From contig CAJINV010000002.1 in assembly GCA_905178155.1 (NCBI GenBank), forward strand, positions 5,451,709-5,515,708: a stretch of DNA of 64,000 nucleotides, in the 5' to 3' direction. Source of the stretch: Amoebophrya sp. A120. Its lineage: Eukaryota > Protista > Dinoflagellata. The notes beneath the pieces are model-generated. The model saw only the letters and a program-made list of their open reading frames with translations, made no database searches and was not told the origin of the DNA. Shown piece after piece: positions 1-12,975 of the stretch; the stretch's first letter is position 1, and every line of letters starts with the position of its first letter. A program made the translations under genes and the position numbers.

Positions 1-115
1 TCTAGCAAGACAGACGCGATTTGTGGTCTCAAATCAGCAAGACAAAAACATACCTACTCAATATGGCGAGGGGGGATTTTTCTTCACAATAACTTTTCCG
101 GTGAACGACGCAATC

Positions 116-3100
116 ATGCTGGACGACGAGGACGATGTCGATGGCGACGGGAACACGCCGATGTATGTATTGGCTGCAAAAGCACTATCGTAAACTCGTA
201 CTGATTATCGCAGTCATTCCTGACAAATTTCAGCTCCAACCACAGATCATAAGGTCGTGAGCCAGCATTACAAATTCAAATTTTTCAACGTGAAAAGATT
301 TTTGGTGCAATTTGTTTTTGTTTGTACCATTTGATATACGATACTTTTGCAAAATGCATAGTATGGCGAAAATAACGATGACGTCGAAATGTTGATGGGG
401 GGCAACATGGACGACGAGATTCCGGACGACCAAGAGTTCCCCACGACCTCTGCGGGCGCTAACAGCACCTCGGGTGCAGCGGGTTCAACTCCTGGCTCCG
501 GCAGTTCTATCGAGCCGCACCCGGACCAAAAACTGATGACGGTCTCCAAGGTGAAACTGATCGGGGACCAGCTTGCCGTGCTGGAAAACAAGGCGGAGAT
601 TTCCCTGCCCAAAGACGTTCTCCTCCGGCCGGGCGATTTGGTCGCGTACAAGCGGTCCGACGAGTTTGATTTCCAGTCGACCAATGCCGCGAACAGCATT
701 GTCTGGGGCCTGCTTCCCTCCTCGCTGCAGAGCAAGTTTATCCGGAAGACGGGTGACAAAAACAGCGCGGACTTTGACGCCAACGGCAACCCGAACCTGA
801 ACTTCCTCTCGAAGCTCCAGTTTACCGACTTTCCCCACTGCGTCGCGCGCGTGTCCCGGTACGGAAGGGAGGGCAACGCGTTCTGCAAATCGGACCAGTT
901 GAAGGGTCCGGGCCGGCAGGAGATCTATGTATTCCGGGCTATGATCGAGAACGCGCTCCCCATTGGCACGCAGATCGCCTTCGATGTGCACGTCAGCAAG
1001 AAGAGCAACAAGGCGCAGGCGTCCGCCCCACTCTGGGTGCCGGTGGAAGCCTTGAGCGGCTTGGTGCAGGGCCGGAGCACCAGTCACACGGTGGGCGCGC
1101 TCCTGAACCAGACCGCGGGCCTGGGGTCGGCGGCGTTGAAACCCGGCGGAGGTGCGCTGAAAAAGCTGCCGGGGCAAAACCCGATGGCGTCCGAAAAGAC
1201 GACCGACGAGGTGCGCATGGAGGCCAAGCAGATCCTGGCCCCGTGGCACAACGACTTTGACTATGAAAAATAAACAGAACAAATGTAGCGTCCACGCCCT
1301 TGGTTTGATGTCATGCAAATGCAGCGACAGGCAGAAGCACACGGAGCTGTGGCTTGCTTCTGTGTTGACCACGCGGAGCTCGTAGTCAGCTTCAAGCGAC
1401 TTGTCTCTTCAAACAAGATGCACAAGAACTGCGTTCATCTCACTTTATTCCGCTAGTAAAAATGGGTTTTGCGAACAACTGTTTCTCCGTCTTTGCGAAC
1501 ACAAGTTTCTACTTTCGAGGGTGCGATGGAGGCTCCTGCATGATCTTTGCATTGCATAATGACCCCAATACCTGGATGGTTGGGCAGATTGGCGAACTGA
1601 CGCCGGACGGCGACCACACGGTGATATACCCGGTCAAGTTGGACCATCACGTCGAAGAGCCCAAATACCAGATGGTGTACGCCGAGAACCGAATCCTGAA
1701 CAAGTACGGGCTGAAGGCCAACGAGCTGGGGCTCGGCCAGTCGCTGAGCGCCACGCGGGGCAAGATGATCGCGTTCCAGATCGGATTCAACGAGGATGGG
1801 CACCCGTTATGCAATTAGTAAAAATTTATTTTCCGTACAGACCTCCATTACTTGAAACTCAAAGTCACAAATTTTTCCAACTTCGACCATGTTGCACAAG
1901 ATACCACTTGTGGTAAAAATACCGAATAGGATTAGCGGAAAATTTTGTCATGGAGATGAATCTTCAGCATTTCTTGAAGTGTAAGTATGCCGCTTTGTTG
2001 ATGTACGGGAAGTTTTTATTCGTGTCCATACACGTTAGTCGCGGACGACATTCCGGACAGCTCGGTGTGGGAACTGACGGAGTCGTTTCACAAAAACCAG
2101 CGGGCCTTCTTCGGCGAGCAGTGCCACATTGGGAAGATCATCAACCTGTCCCCCGCCGGGAACGGGTTCGTGGAGTGCGAACCGATGAAGAACGAGCACA
2201 AGCAGGACTGCTTCATTCACTCCCGCATCATGGCGGCCTGCCAGTTGCAGGTCGAGGACGTGGTCATGTTCAAAGTGCACGTCTCCAAGACTGGCACCCC
2301 CCAGGTGTCCGCCCCCTGCTGGCGGCTCTGCAACGAGGGGCAGGTGGAAATGCGGAAGAAGTTTGGCACGAACAACAGGCCGGGCAACGTCTCGTCCGCG
2401 AACGCCGCGCGTGGAGGCGGCCACCCATCTACAACTTCCGGGCATCAACAGCTGTCGACGAACAATAATTATTCTTCCCGTGGTCCTCGCGGAGATGTGA
2501 TCGGGCCGCCGCCGGGGCGCGGAGGTGGTGGTGTGCGGGAACAGAAGACGCATCGGGCGGCCGGGTATGATATTAGTGGAGACCACAACCATAAGTATTC
2601 CTCGCCTTCCATCAGTCAGAAAGTATTGTCCGGGCTGTTGGACAGCCAGAAAGCTAACCCGGCGAAGAAAACTAACAGCAGTTTCAACAGCATGATCCCG
2701 ACCGGCCAGATGGTACACGGGAACGTGGACATGGAGCACTTCGACGAGCACTGGAATTCGACCTTCAAGCTGCAGGGCGTGGTGTCCGCGGTGGACGGGC
2801 AGTGGCTGGGTTTCGAAGACTGCCCGTTCGAGGGCGTGTTTACGAACGTGAACCGGGGCGGCAACGGGTTCATCAAGCTCGACTTCAACCGCTCCAACGA
2901 CCGAACCGGGTTGCTGGAGAAGCTGCAAAACAGTGACGACCGCGACGTCTACGTGCACGCGTCCGTCGTGCAGCGCTGCCAGTTGATCATTGGGGACCGG
3001 TGCCGCTTCAAGGTGCACGTGTCCGAGAGAACCGGGGTGGCGCAGTGCAGCGCGCCCGTGTGGGTGGCGCCGGATAAGAGCGGAATGAAGACCAGCGGGG

Positions 3101-3318
3101 GCGGGGGCCGCGATCGGGGTGGAGGTGGTGGCTTTACGCACCGAGTGGCCGATATGAATGACAGATCTAGGGGTACAACGACCAAGGGCGACGGGAAGAA
3201 GGGCGGCAAGGGTGGAAAAAAAGGTGGTTCATCTGGGAAGCAGGGCGGGGAACGCGACAGCTACCGGCGTGGTCCCTCACACGACGACAACCGCACGCAG
3301 CGCAGTCGGCCGTACTAG
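116..3318 (+). CDS. Multi cold-shock-domain (OB-fold)-like nucleic-acid-binding protein with RGG/Gly-rich C-terminus; exons ~116-167, 366-1261, 1564-1807, 2036-3318
   Basis: ORFs 389-1273, 1462-1818 and 2065-3318 join in frame after removing three TAT..ATA inserts. A repeated motif GNGF(V/I)..x..D(C/V)(F/Y)(I/V)H..x..FKVHVS..G.(P/A)Q.SAP.W resembles dinoflagellate-type cold-shock domains. The tail is RGG/GGKK-rich. Confidence 0.7.
168..360. mobile_element. Introner (degenerate family B)
   Basis: Ends TATTGGCTGCAAAAG..TATCGTA / TACGATACTTTTGCAAAATGCATA. Direct repeat GTATG at 163-167 and 361-365. Removal links ATG 116 in frame to ORF 389. Confidence 0.8.
1262..1558. mobile_element. Degenerate introner-like intron
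   Basis: TATG...GCATA termini, repeat TTGAC/ATGAC, in-frame join F-D-P-N-T-W. The TIR is otherwise eroded. Confidence 0.55.
1808..2030. mobile_element. Degenerate introner-like intron
   Basis: TATG...CATA termini, subterminal inverted repeat TTCCGTACA/TGTACGGGAA, repeat CCCGT/CACGT, in-frame join H-P-L-V-A-D-D. Confidence 0.65.
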
Positions 3319-4534
3319 ATGAAGAGAGCGGGAACAAGATAGAACGACATGCAGTTTGTAGATTCGCAGTGAAATAAGTGAAAAGCGAACTACCGGGAGC
3401 ACGAGGAAAAATGATATGAGTGAAAACACAGCAGCACCAGCACGACGAATGATCAAGATTATCATAGGAAATACACTTGATGGGGCCGAACAATGAACCG
3501 TTTTCAACCCTCTACTTTTCATCGACATGTAGTTTCGCGCTAGGAGTACAACTTCTAGTTCGTTCACAACCCCGGATGGATGAACCGATGGATGAACAAA
3601 AAGCAACACATGATCAATAAGCGAGCTTTTGCCTCCAGACGAGCTCTCGGAGGGCACCACATCTTGGTTTATTTTGGTTCTTCTCCATGTGGTTTTGACA
3701 TTCACTTCCCACCCCTGTACAAGAATATTTAAGTACCTGTGCGTATCACTACGTAAATGATATTTTTGAAAAAAACACTCTGGTGAGCTGCACCTGCGTC
3801 AGGCATCAGATTCCGTTGTTGGGACGATGAAGCTGAGAAGTCTCTTGTTCACCGTCGCTCCTTCGCTGCATCCCTCTAAAGCTACGAGGCGTGATAGTAC
3901 ATCACGTAGATCGCTTGAGCTCTCTTGAAAAGAAAGATCAAGATCATCTGTATGGGCTTTTGATCTTGGTGCAGTTGTGCGATTTGTGTCTCGCCACAGT
4001 TTTCACGCAACAACAAGTGCAGGAGATCTGCAATTCTTCTTCTTGATTGAACGAAGGCAGAGTCGAAAGTCGAGGCATTTCTTGTGGGATGCGGACGAGA
4101 AACAAGATCATGCTCACGAGGCTCGATCCAATGTAAACCTGTATTTGTGAATGAGAAAAGATTAAGATGTGGTGGCCGCATCGATTGCATGTTGTTGTTG
4201 GATTAACATAAACCATAACTATCACTATTGGGCGGTACGTCTCATTTTAGTTCCTCTTCTTATTTCACAACGTTACGGCGCGCTCTATACGACTCTACTT
4301 ATTTGTCAGGGTCGTGGCTCCGCTCAGCACACACTTTTTTTCTGCTACTTTTGCCGCTCCCGATTTTTATTTGTTGTTTCTGTTTGCCATAAAGAAACTG
4401 TGACTGACTACATTTCGCCTGTCGGCATCGTGTAAACATAGGGCAGCTAGCATTTTCCGTATACTTCGCCTCTTCGCAATTTCAATTTCATCAATCTGCC
4501 TCTCCATCTTGTATTCTGTTTGCTTGCCGATAAA

Positions 4535-6965
4535 ATGACCACCGCGAATGCAAGCAGTATGAGGAGCTCCTCCGACGCGGCGGAAGCAACTACCGCTCGC
4601 ACTTCTCACACCGGACCCGGAGGTCGCACCTTGTCTACAACTTGCGGCCGCAAACTGAAGAAATCGCTCTCGACCCCCATTAAGGTGACGACGTCAACGG
4701 CGATTGCCCTCCTTCTCCTCGATTCTGCGCTAGTACAGCAGCAGTGGTGCTGCGCGCTCGGCAAGAAAATCCAACTCAGCTCGGGCCACCAGGCGGGCGT
4801 GCACTTTCTTGCCACGCTGAGGAGCAGTGGCAGTACCGGGACGGAGGTGGATCAAGGTCAAGAACTGCGGCCTACTAGTAGTACTGAGACGGAGGTGGAC
4901 GAGGAGCATCAAGACGACGGCGCTTGTAGTTATCCCAACACAGTAGACGCAGCGCAACAGACCGCATTCACCCGACAACTCCTGGATCTAAACCATGAGG
5001 AGGATCTTCTAGACCAAGATAAAGTCAAAGACTCCTGGATGGTTGCCTACCATCCAGCAGGGATTTTTGCGGATCAGTTGTACGACCATTGCGACTTAGA
5101 TGACATGATGTCAACATGCAGGTCTGACACCGGACGTACCGAAGACCACGAGGATAGTGAGGTGTCTGCTTTTGCTCTCCACAAGTTCTATACTGACCAG
5201 AAAGAGAACTCGGGGAATATCAGAAGTTCTCCGTTCCTCTCAAGCGCCGCACAATCCACGGCGGAATCACTTCTAGAAGCGCGGGAGCCCTCTTCCCCCA
5301 CCTCTGGCACCAGCACCGTGCCCAGCAGCGCTAGTTCGTCCGATGCCGGTGAAGATGAAGAAAGTGGGGAGCATGAAGAAGATCCTTTTGTTTGGCACGA
5401 CGGCTGCAACAGGGACCACGATAGCCAGCGGCCCATACAACAAATTCAACATTTTCTTTCCATACCCTTTACCAGAACCCAGAGCGCCGGCGGAGCCTCG
5501 TCCTCGAGTTGTTCTTCGACGGCCTCTACTGGCGGGGCTGGACAGCTGCAGCCACCTCGTTCTCGTAAATCTGTGACTTCTGCACCAGCAGGTGGAGCTG
5601 CACGACGAGAGCCAGCGCAACAAGCAGCCGCGACAAAAAACGAAGATGCTGATGCTCCACCCACGAGCTGTACTAACACGACCACGATGAACACCTCCGA
5701 CATCAAGCCTCCGCGTGTCATTCGCTTTTCACCCCAGGTGGAAGAGACCGAAGCGCAGAAAAAACAGGCGAAACTCGACTACTTGCACGACATCACCGAG
5801 TTGCGGACGCAACTAACCAAGTCCCTGGACGATCTGAATAAGCGAGAGACTAAGCAGAAAGTGGAGCAAGATCGGGAAATCGACGAGGAGATTGCGAAGG
5901 AATTCTTCCTGTTGAACCTCAACGAAGTGAAAAACCCTCTACAGCACGAAGTTGTCGACAAGAAGCGGCTGCTGAAAGCCTTCCTCGGGGACACGGAAGA
6001 CTGGCCCTGGGAGCAGCGGTTCCACGAGTTATGAGGGTGCACAACTCCCCCTCCCCCTCATTTGTATAGCATGAACGGCAATACAAGCATCAGCAAAAGT
6101 GCCGGCTTTGCATGACAAACCTGCACTGGAGTGTAGTGCTATTTGGTCTACAACCAGAACTTGTCATGCAAACGGTGCCACGAGGCGAAGGGCAGATTGG
6201 GTATTTTGCATGACAAATGAGGGGGAGGGGAAGTTGTGCACTGTCATACAAGTTCCAGGCCTGCCAGAAGCGTAGCAAGGGGGACTCCGCCGTGCCGCAC
6301 GACGGGAATGTGTTGAACTTGTCGTGGGGAAAGGGCAAAGGGAAGGGCAAGGGAAAGAAATTTTTGGCGCAGACGGAGGAGGAGCTGTTTGTATCCTGGT
6401 GTGCAAAAGTACTTTATTGTTCGCGCCGGTTTTTAATACATGCCAGTCCCAGTCTTGCATGAATAAAGATCTACTTTTTTTTGTCAGTCTGCATGACAAA
6501 TTCGATTCTCCTTTTGGAAAAAATTGTCATGCGGGGGAGGTTTAATATAGTTTATACTAGTTGTAGCAGGTAAAATAAAGCTACTTTTGCAATGCATAGA
6601 TTGCAAACATGGACGACTACACGGTGGTCGAAGATCGGAAGCAGTTTCTCCTGCACATGCGCCCGAGTGAGGACGGGGATAGGAAAACTACTGGAAGTAA
6701 CGGAAAGAACAAGATGAACACCGAAGAACAAGCAGGTCAACATGGAGGAAATTCTAATCACGGCAAAAGAACATCAAGCCCCTTCGAGCTCGGCCGCGGG
6801 TTTCTCCAATCCAGCCGCGAATTCTTCAGAGAAAAGTGCAACTTTCTGTCGGTTCTTCTACCGAAAAAAGAAGGGACGAATCAGCACCAGAATCTTTATC
6901 TCAAGGGCGTTGGACGAGCAACCGGAAGCTGCAAGAAGGCCCAGGGACCGGACCCGTATTTGTAG
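4535..6965 (+). CDS. Hypothetical Ser/Thr-rich protein with N-terminal hydrophobic segment and C-terminal coiled coil; exons ~4535-6029, ~6604-6965
   Basis: 504-aa ORF 4520-6034 (first ATG 4535) joins ORF 6609-6965 in frame if 6030-6603 is removed. No family recognised. Confidence 0.6.
6030..6598. mobile_element. Composite introner-like intron containing a nested inverted-repeat element (6037-6241)
   Basis: TATG...TTTTGCAATGCATA termini. Internal ~29-bp inverted repeat GTGCACAACTCCCCCTCCCCCTCATTTGT / ACAAATGAGGGGGAGGGGAAGTTGTGCAC. Several TTGTCATGCA/TGCATGACAAA motifs. The direct repeat is not preserved. Confidence 0.55.
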
Positions 6966-8610
6966 ACGCAACAAGTAGATCAACACTGTAAATGCATATC
7001 AAGATGAACTTTCCCATTGATAGAAGTACTCATACATACACATGCGACTTCTGTTGAAACACGACGGTCCGTCGGGCATGCATCTTCTAGAACTACATGA
7101 TAAATCAACGGCAACTTCTTCTCTTGTTCGATAAGGCGTTTATTGCCGACTGTAGCAGATTTCGTCGAAGTGTGTAAGATAGGAAAAAGAAAATCAATTG
7201 GTTATCATCATCATGCGTTCGCTGTATGGTACTCATAAACTAACTTGTGATTGACACTGAGTCGATACGACCGTCATTGAACTTAACTGTGATACATTTT
7301 CCGAGAAAAATACCACGTAAAACGAAAAGAAACTCTTCGCAAAAGAGATCATGAAAAGACTAGGCATTCGAAATTATCACTCGCTCCTGCAAACACCAAT
7401 TCTTTCAGATGAAACTAGAACTGTGTATTACTATTATCGGAGAACTGAAGAAGACGGCAATAAGTACTTCTGTTGATGGCCACAACGCGCCGCCCTCTCA
7501 GCCACGCCCACGCGTCCATCAAGAAATCATACGACCACAGACAGAAAATGATCTCGAATAAATCAAAAGATTGATTATACTAGCGATGTTGAAATATTAA
7601 AGCTGAAGCTAAACAAATTGCGCGTTTTTACCGGAGGTCTCTCCCTCATCTCGTCGAGCGTCTGACTTCATGATGAAACACTGCTCTAGTACCACCCTGC
7701 TGCAAAAACGAAATTGAACAAGATGTCACGAAAATGCAAAGATATCGATCGTGTGGATGAAATGATATGCGCATGTCAACGTATGGACAGAGCTAGAAAC
7801 AGATCGGAAATGATATTGAAGAGAGTGCAATACATTTGTTCCCGATACAACCCTGGCTCAACGTTATGATCCGCGCAAAAATCGTCCCCGCATCGCTACA
7901 GGCTTGCACTTTCGTTGTCGGATTTCAAATCGTAGGACTTTTTCAGTTTTTTCCCATAGACGATCTGCGTAAGTTTCATCTCTGTGGAGTGGAGCTGATT
8001 TATAGTTCTACTTATCTCGGGAAGCGGAGGCGCAGTTGCGTCTTCCACGTAAAAAACACAGAAGCTAAAAAATGCAAATCGAAAAAAAAAATATTTTTCT
8101 CAACGGGAAATCAATCGAAAGTCCGGAGTTCAAGTAAGGCTAACTTGGTACTAGTAGAAGCCCGATAGGAGAACTAATAGCCGTATCCAAAAATCGAGCT
8201 TTGCCAAATTTTCACTTCGTCTGTTTATGATTTCGAAAAAAAAAACCTACAGCGACCTGATCTGTTTCGGCGAACTAGAGTGTACTAGACTTTCTCGTTC
8301 TCCATCCTCGTAGCACGAAGTCCCGTGAAAAGATTTCTACCCCCACCGTGTCACATCGATCAGACAAAGTTCCTTGCAGTTAGAAACAGTTTTACCTGTT
8401 GCAGCACCACGATTTCTCCTCTACAAAGGAATACGATTTTTTTCGGCGACTCGGCATAGTACCCGTGGTTCGAAGCGACCAGGACCACGACGTATCTCTT
8501 AGAAACCAACGCTGTAATAGCATCCGCGATTTTTAGTTGTACTAGACCACTTTTGTTCTTCTTCCGGGGGTTCTGTTTTGAAAAGAAACCCTCATAGGCA
8601 AAGAAAAAAA

Positions 8611-10164
8611 ATGGGGGGCATGGGCGACTTTATTGTGGACGACGAGGTGGAGGATGTTGGTAAAGACAAACCGAGGGACACCAAGGCTTACAACGCAGAA
8701 GGTCCGGCGAAAAATTGGAGGGCCTGCAACAAGTGTCGACTTTTACTGACGATGGAGCAGTTCATGCGATTGGGCTGCCCAAACTGCCCAGAACTGCTTT
8801 TCACCGAAGAGGAAGCAGAGTACACCAAAGAGAAAACCACCGACGAGTATTGATAATTCTGCAGATATTTATTTTCCACCGCATTTTTCCCATCAGGGAT
8901 TCCAGGTGATGAACATGTGTAACTGAACTACATGATGTGTACTCCAGCACCTGTCCTTTTACTATATGTGTCATCGTTCCCAACATGAAATAAAATTAGT
9001 TCCCAACATCGTTCCCAATTATGTGTCATCGTTCCCAACATGAGGGGAGGCTTAGATCTGCGAGACGCTCAGCGAAGTTTTAAGCACTACTGAAAAAGAC
9101 TGAGTCTAGAGATCGGGTAAGGTTAAATGTTTACCCTGCAGTTCCTGTAATAGCATCGACCAAAAAGTATAAATAAGCCAGTTCAACAACCACAGTGCCT
9201 GTCCTTTTTTCACTTTTTCTTATCGCTTTTGTCTAGTTACACTAATTTTCTACCGCCGCTTTCGAGCGAGCATTCATGAACACTCTTTCGAGTGCTTCTT
9301 GAAATACTACTTGACTTGACTTGAACACTTCCAGGTGGTCCGGCATGCTCTCGCACCTGAACCAGGGCGGATGGTTGAAGCGGGCCGTGCAGATTCCCGC
9401 CTTTTACGCCTACGGGAACTACGCAATACAGATTACCCCAAAGGAGGACTTCAGTGCGTCGAAGAAGCAATTTGGAAAGCCAAAGCAGTACGAGCTCCCC
9501 ACGGACATCGAGCGGGAGCAGAGAATAAGAAACACGAACCCCAAGCCCTCGCCGGTCGCGCAGCCGCTCCAATATCCGGGGGCCGCATCCGCCAGTGGAG
9601 CAGGAAAAATCTCCGCCGCAAGAGTCGCAGTAGACGTGCAGCATATGAATTGCAAAAATGTCTTGGTCTGGCAGGTTGGAACTTGTGATGCTTCCTTTGG
9701 ACTCTCAAAAAAATTGTATTGCATGAACAGCAAGAGGAGTCTAGTTTGTGCTACGCGGGGAGGGCATTTGTCATGCGGAGTAGGCATCAGGAAGCCCTCT
9801 AAAAATCTGTGATGCTAGGTCGTGCATTACAGATATCCTGGATCATGCAAAAGATGCATAACAAACCCGGCAACATTCCAGAGCCAGACACTTTTGCATT
9901 TGATACAGCAGCAGCAGCAGGGGGACGAGGAGGAAGATGACCTCATGGAAGAAAGTATCACAGGAAAAAGCGTTAACGTTAACGGAATTTGTAATGCAGT
10001 AATGCATCGCAAAACGTGCCCAGATTTGTCATGCATAGCATGCATGCTAGGCACAATTTGTCATGCATACTTGCAATCCAGGAAAACCGTTAACGTTAAC
10101 ACTTTTTTGTTTGATAGAAAGCGGTGCGAATCGGAGCACCGGGGGAGTCTTCGACTTGTACTAG
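8611..10164 (+). CDS. SPT4: Transcription elongation factor SPT4 (DSIF subunit); exons 8611-8846, 9335-9643, 9911-9955, 10122-10164
   Basis: RACNKCRLL...F...GCPNC zinc ribbon, then T..EWSGM...W......GNYAIQI, matching the SPT4 pattern. One GT-AG intron (8847-9334) and two introners. Confidence 0.88.
8966..9043. repeat. Short local repeats (TATGTGTCATCGTTCCCAACATGA x2 plus partial copies) in the SPT4 canonical intron
   Basis: GTTCCCAA occurs four times within 80 bp. Confidence 0.8.
9644..9905. mobile_element. Introner family A (forward orientation)
   Basis: Ends TATGAATTGCAAAAATGTCTTGGTCTGG / CCAGAGCCAGACACTTTTGCATTTGATA. TSD CAGCA. Frame restored. Confidence 0.9.
9956..10116. mobile_element. 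Introner family C
   Basis: Ends TATCACAGGAAAAAGCGTTAACGTTAACGG / CCGTTAACGTTAACACTTTTTTGTTTGATA. TSD GAAAG. Confidence 0.88.
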
Positions 10165-11316
10165 CTGAAAATGAAATTCGACGCTGGTCGATGTCGAGCT
10201 GCTGCAAGAGCAAGGAAGAGGGCACCATCTTCGCATCTTCGCTCCTCCGCTCGAGGAGCGAGGTTGAACTCTCGCACATGTTGCTGTACTTTCTACAGTA
10301 CTCCGCATGGCTACTTCACATGAATTTCGTAACTCGACGCACTCTCGCGCTTGTTTCTCGGACAACATGTAGGTACCAACTTCGTGCAAAAAGTGTGTAG
10401 AAGAAGAAATGGAACAACTGCAGGAAGTATCAACCTATTGAAGTGAAGTGCGCATTATACTGTGATGTGTAGCCAGAATGATGCACTGCTTCGCTTGTAT
10501 TCCATTTCCACCCTGTCGACGTGCAGAAGTTTCTGCATCTTGCAGGAACTCGGGAGAGACATGAAATTGCCTACAGTCGTACTGAGAATCACCAGTATTC
10601 GCATATGCAGGGCGGGAGCTGGTTACACTCCCGCATCGCATAATGTAAATGTATTGCATACTTCTATAAGTACGATGTTCGGCTTCGAATCGCCACAGCG
10701 TAGTGGAAATAATTCTAACCCGCTATCATAGTAGTAAACTAAAGTGATGCTCTCGGTAGAAGTTGTAGTACTACGAAGATGCAATTTCTTCAAACGAAAT
10801 GTACCTTTTTCTTCGGTTGACGTAGAATGGCACTGGTGCTTAATTTTTGCGTAGGTCTTTTGTGCAGTCTCGGTGTCCAGCGCAGTGGCGCTGGTGGTGC
10901 TTCTTGTAGTTTTGCTCGGTCAACAAGAAAATCAATGGCAGAATCAGAAAAAATCAGGCACTGCTTGTTGATGAACTCGGTTTCTGCATTCCTGTACTTT
11001 GCTAGTGTTTGCACTACGTCATGAGACTGACATCACTATTGTCGTGTCGGCCCCGTACTCTCTTTTCCACAGTTCCCGCGATTGATTGTTGACATTTGTT
11101 TCTGTAGTTTAAAGATAATTTTCCGCTCGTTCTTTTTTCGTTTTCCGTACAAACTTTTACCTAAAGAAGTAACTGGGCCTTCCCCCTTGTAAGTACAAAA
11201 AATTAAGATCAATGACCTCTCTCTTATCCCCGTAAAAATATTTGAGAACCGTGGTCCATAATAAACTGCGCCAAGAACATTAATACATACCTGACCACAG
11301 CTCTGCTTCTTTCAAC

Positions 11317-12021
11317 ATGCCGCTGCAGAATTCGGTGCGGAAGGAGAAGATTTTTATCCGGCGTTGGTACTGCAAAAAATGCCTGGACGCCTCCTACCTA
11401 TCGTTAAACTTCCTTGATCCCCCGCCGAAGCCAATCAAGCGGTACACCATGCCCACACCGGGGCAGGAAGAGGACTTCAAGAACCAGATCCCGATCGTGA
11501 CTGGCCCGAATCCCGTTACTTATGAGAAGGGAAATTCTGGCGCAGCTTTAGGTCGCGGCGAGTAGAGTCAAGTAGTACACTACTTACAAGTAGCTCGAAA
11601 TCATGCATGGATGCCTACCTATCAGAAAACAAAAGGACGACCACCTCGCTCTACCACAACATGTAAATGTTGTATGCTCAGTGATTATAATATCAGAAGC
11701 AGGGCTGGCTCGCATGCTGCTTGGGTCTACCGACTTTAAAACCGCGACCTTTTCTTTCCCTCGCATACCTTTGGCGCGAGCCCAGTCCACGCCACGAGCA
11801 AAAAGTCTGACGTGCCCGCACATGTGGTGGACCCCTCCCCTTCGCTGAGCGCCATGAGCAGCCTGACCGCGACGGAAAAGGCCAAAATGCAGAGGCTCAT
11901 CGACGAGCACCGGGGGAAGCCGGCCTTCTTCTGCTACGGGTGCGAAACGAAGCCGCTGTTTGACGGGGGCCCTGTCCCGGAGATGGGCTTGAAATTTCGT
12001 CCGTACGACAAGCCTTACTGA
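11317..12021 (+). CDS. Small hypothetical protein with two CxxC motifs (possible Zn ribbon); exons ~11317-11520, ~11773-12021
   Basis: WYCKKC in ORF 11317 and FCYGC in ORF 11812, GC3-rich codons, in-frame join across an inverted-repeat insert. Confidence 0.65.
11521..11767. mobile_element. Degenerate introner-like intron
   Basis: Inverted repeat TATGAGAAGGGAAA / TTTCCCTCGCATA. Frame restored. TSD eroded. Confidence 0.65.
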
Positions 12022-12091
12022 AAAAAAAAACAGTGCAGATTATGGCCAGCGAAATCAAGAAAATGAAAAAGAAATACGCAGTGTTAAAGTT

Positions 12092-12624
12092 GTTCTACTA
12101 CGGCGAGATTACTTATACAATATTAATTTCTCAAACCAAGAATGCAGACGGTGCGGGTGCGCAGTGGTATGTTATAATTTGCGCGTGGTCAAGATGTTGC
12201 TCAGGGAGACTTTTTGGAACAATCCGTATCATAAGGAAGTAGATCATTTACGCGACGAGGGTCAATGTCGACCTGGATCGACGTAGTGCAGTGGGTGAAG
12301 ACGAAGAATCAGTGTTAGATCGCAGAAGATCATACGACGCACACATAAATTTGAATCGACGTCGTCGTTGACAACGACATGTCAAAAGATCCTACAATTC
12401 TTCTTGGATCACCGGCCGCAATAGGAAATAAGGAAATCGCTTTCAGTGCTTCTCGTGATCGTGGCAATATAAGATCAACATGAAGGCGATCACTCACCGA
12501 TGATCCTCGATCGCAATTCGGAATGTAAGTGTGACTAACGATGCTCACGCTCAGATCATGTATTCATATCCAGCAGATCGTAGAGTATTCAGCTGGTAAT
12601 AGTTCGTCCAAACGTCGCTATGGC
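12092..12624 (+). repeat. Diverged ~500-bp direct repeat, copy 1 (copy 2 at ~15985-16497)
   Basis: Collinear shared blocks: TTTCTCAAACCAA, GACCTGGATCG, ATGTCAAAAGATCCTACAA, GGATCACCGGCCGCAATA, AAGATCAACATGAAGGCGA, GCTCAGATCATGTATTC. Confidence 0.9.
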
Positions 12625-12975
12625 TAACTGATTCGTCCAAAACGCAGAAAGTGCAAACAGAATAACACCTCGGTCGAAAGTGCAAGCAGCAAAGTGCTAG
12701 CTACTACTCGCATTGACAACACTTCAATTTCTGTACGATCCTTTTCGCAAAAATATATGTCAAGAAATAAAGTGCACAATTTCAATTTCGAGCAGTAGAA
12801 GCTATTTCATTTTGAATCCTATATAGTGATTATTGGAAGTAGAGCTATTTCATTTTCAATCCTATATCACGAAACTTCTTTTCCTCTTCGCGTTTTCTTT
12901 CTACAAGCTGTCGCTAGCATTTGTCCTTGTTCATTTTCTTTCTACATCAAGCTGTCGCTATTTCTATTTGGTGAT

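Noticed and set aside
485-3141. Long minus-strand ORFs (485-1372, 2035-3141 and similar ones elsewhere)
   Set aside because: They are antisense shadows of GC3-rich + strand genes with no recognisable motifs.
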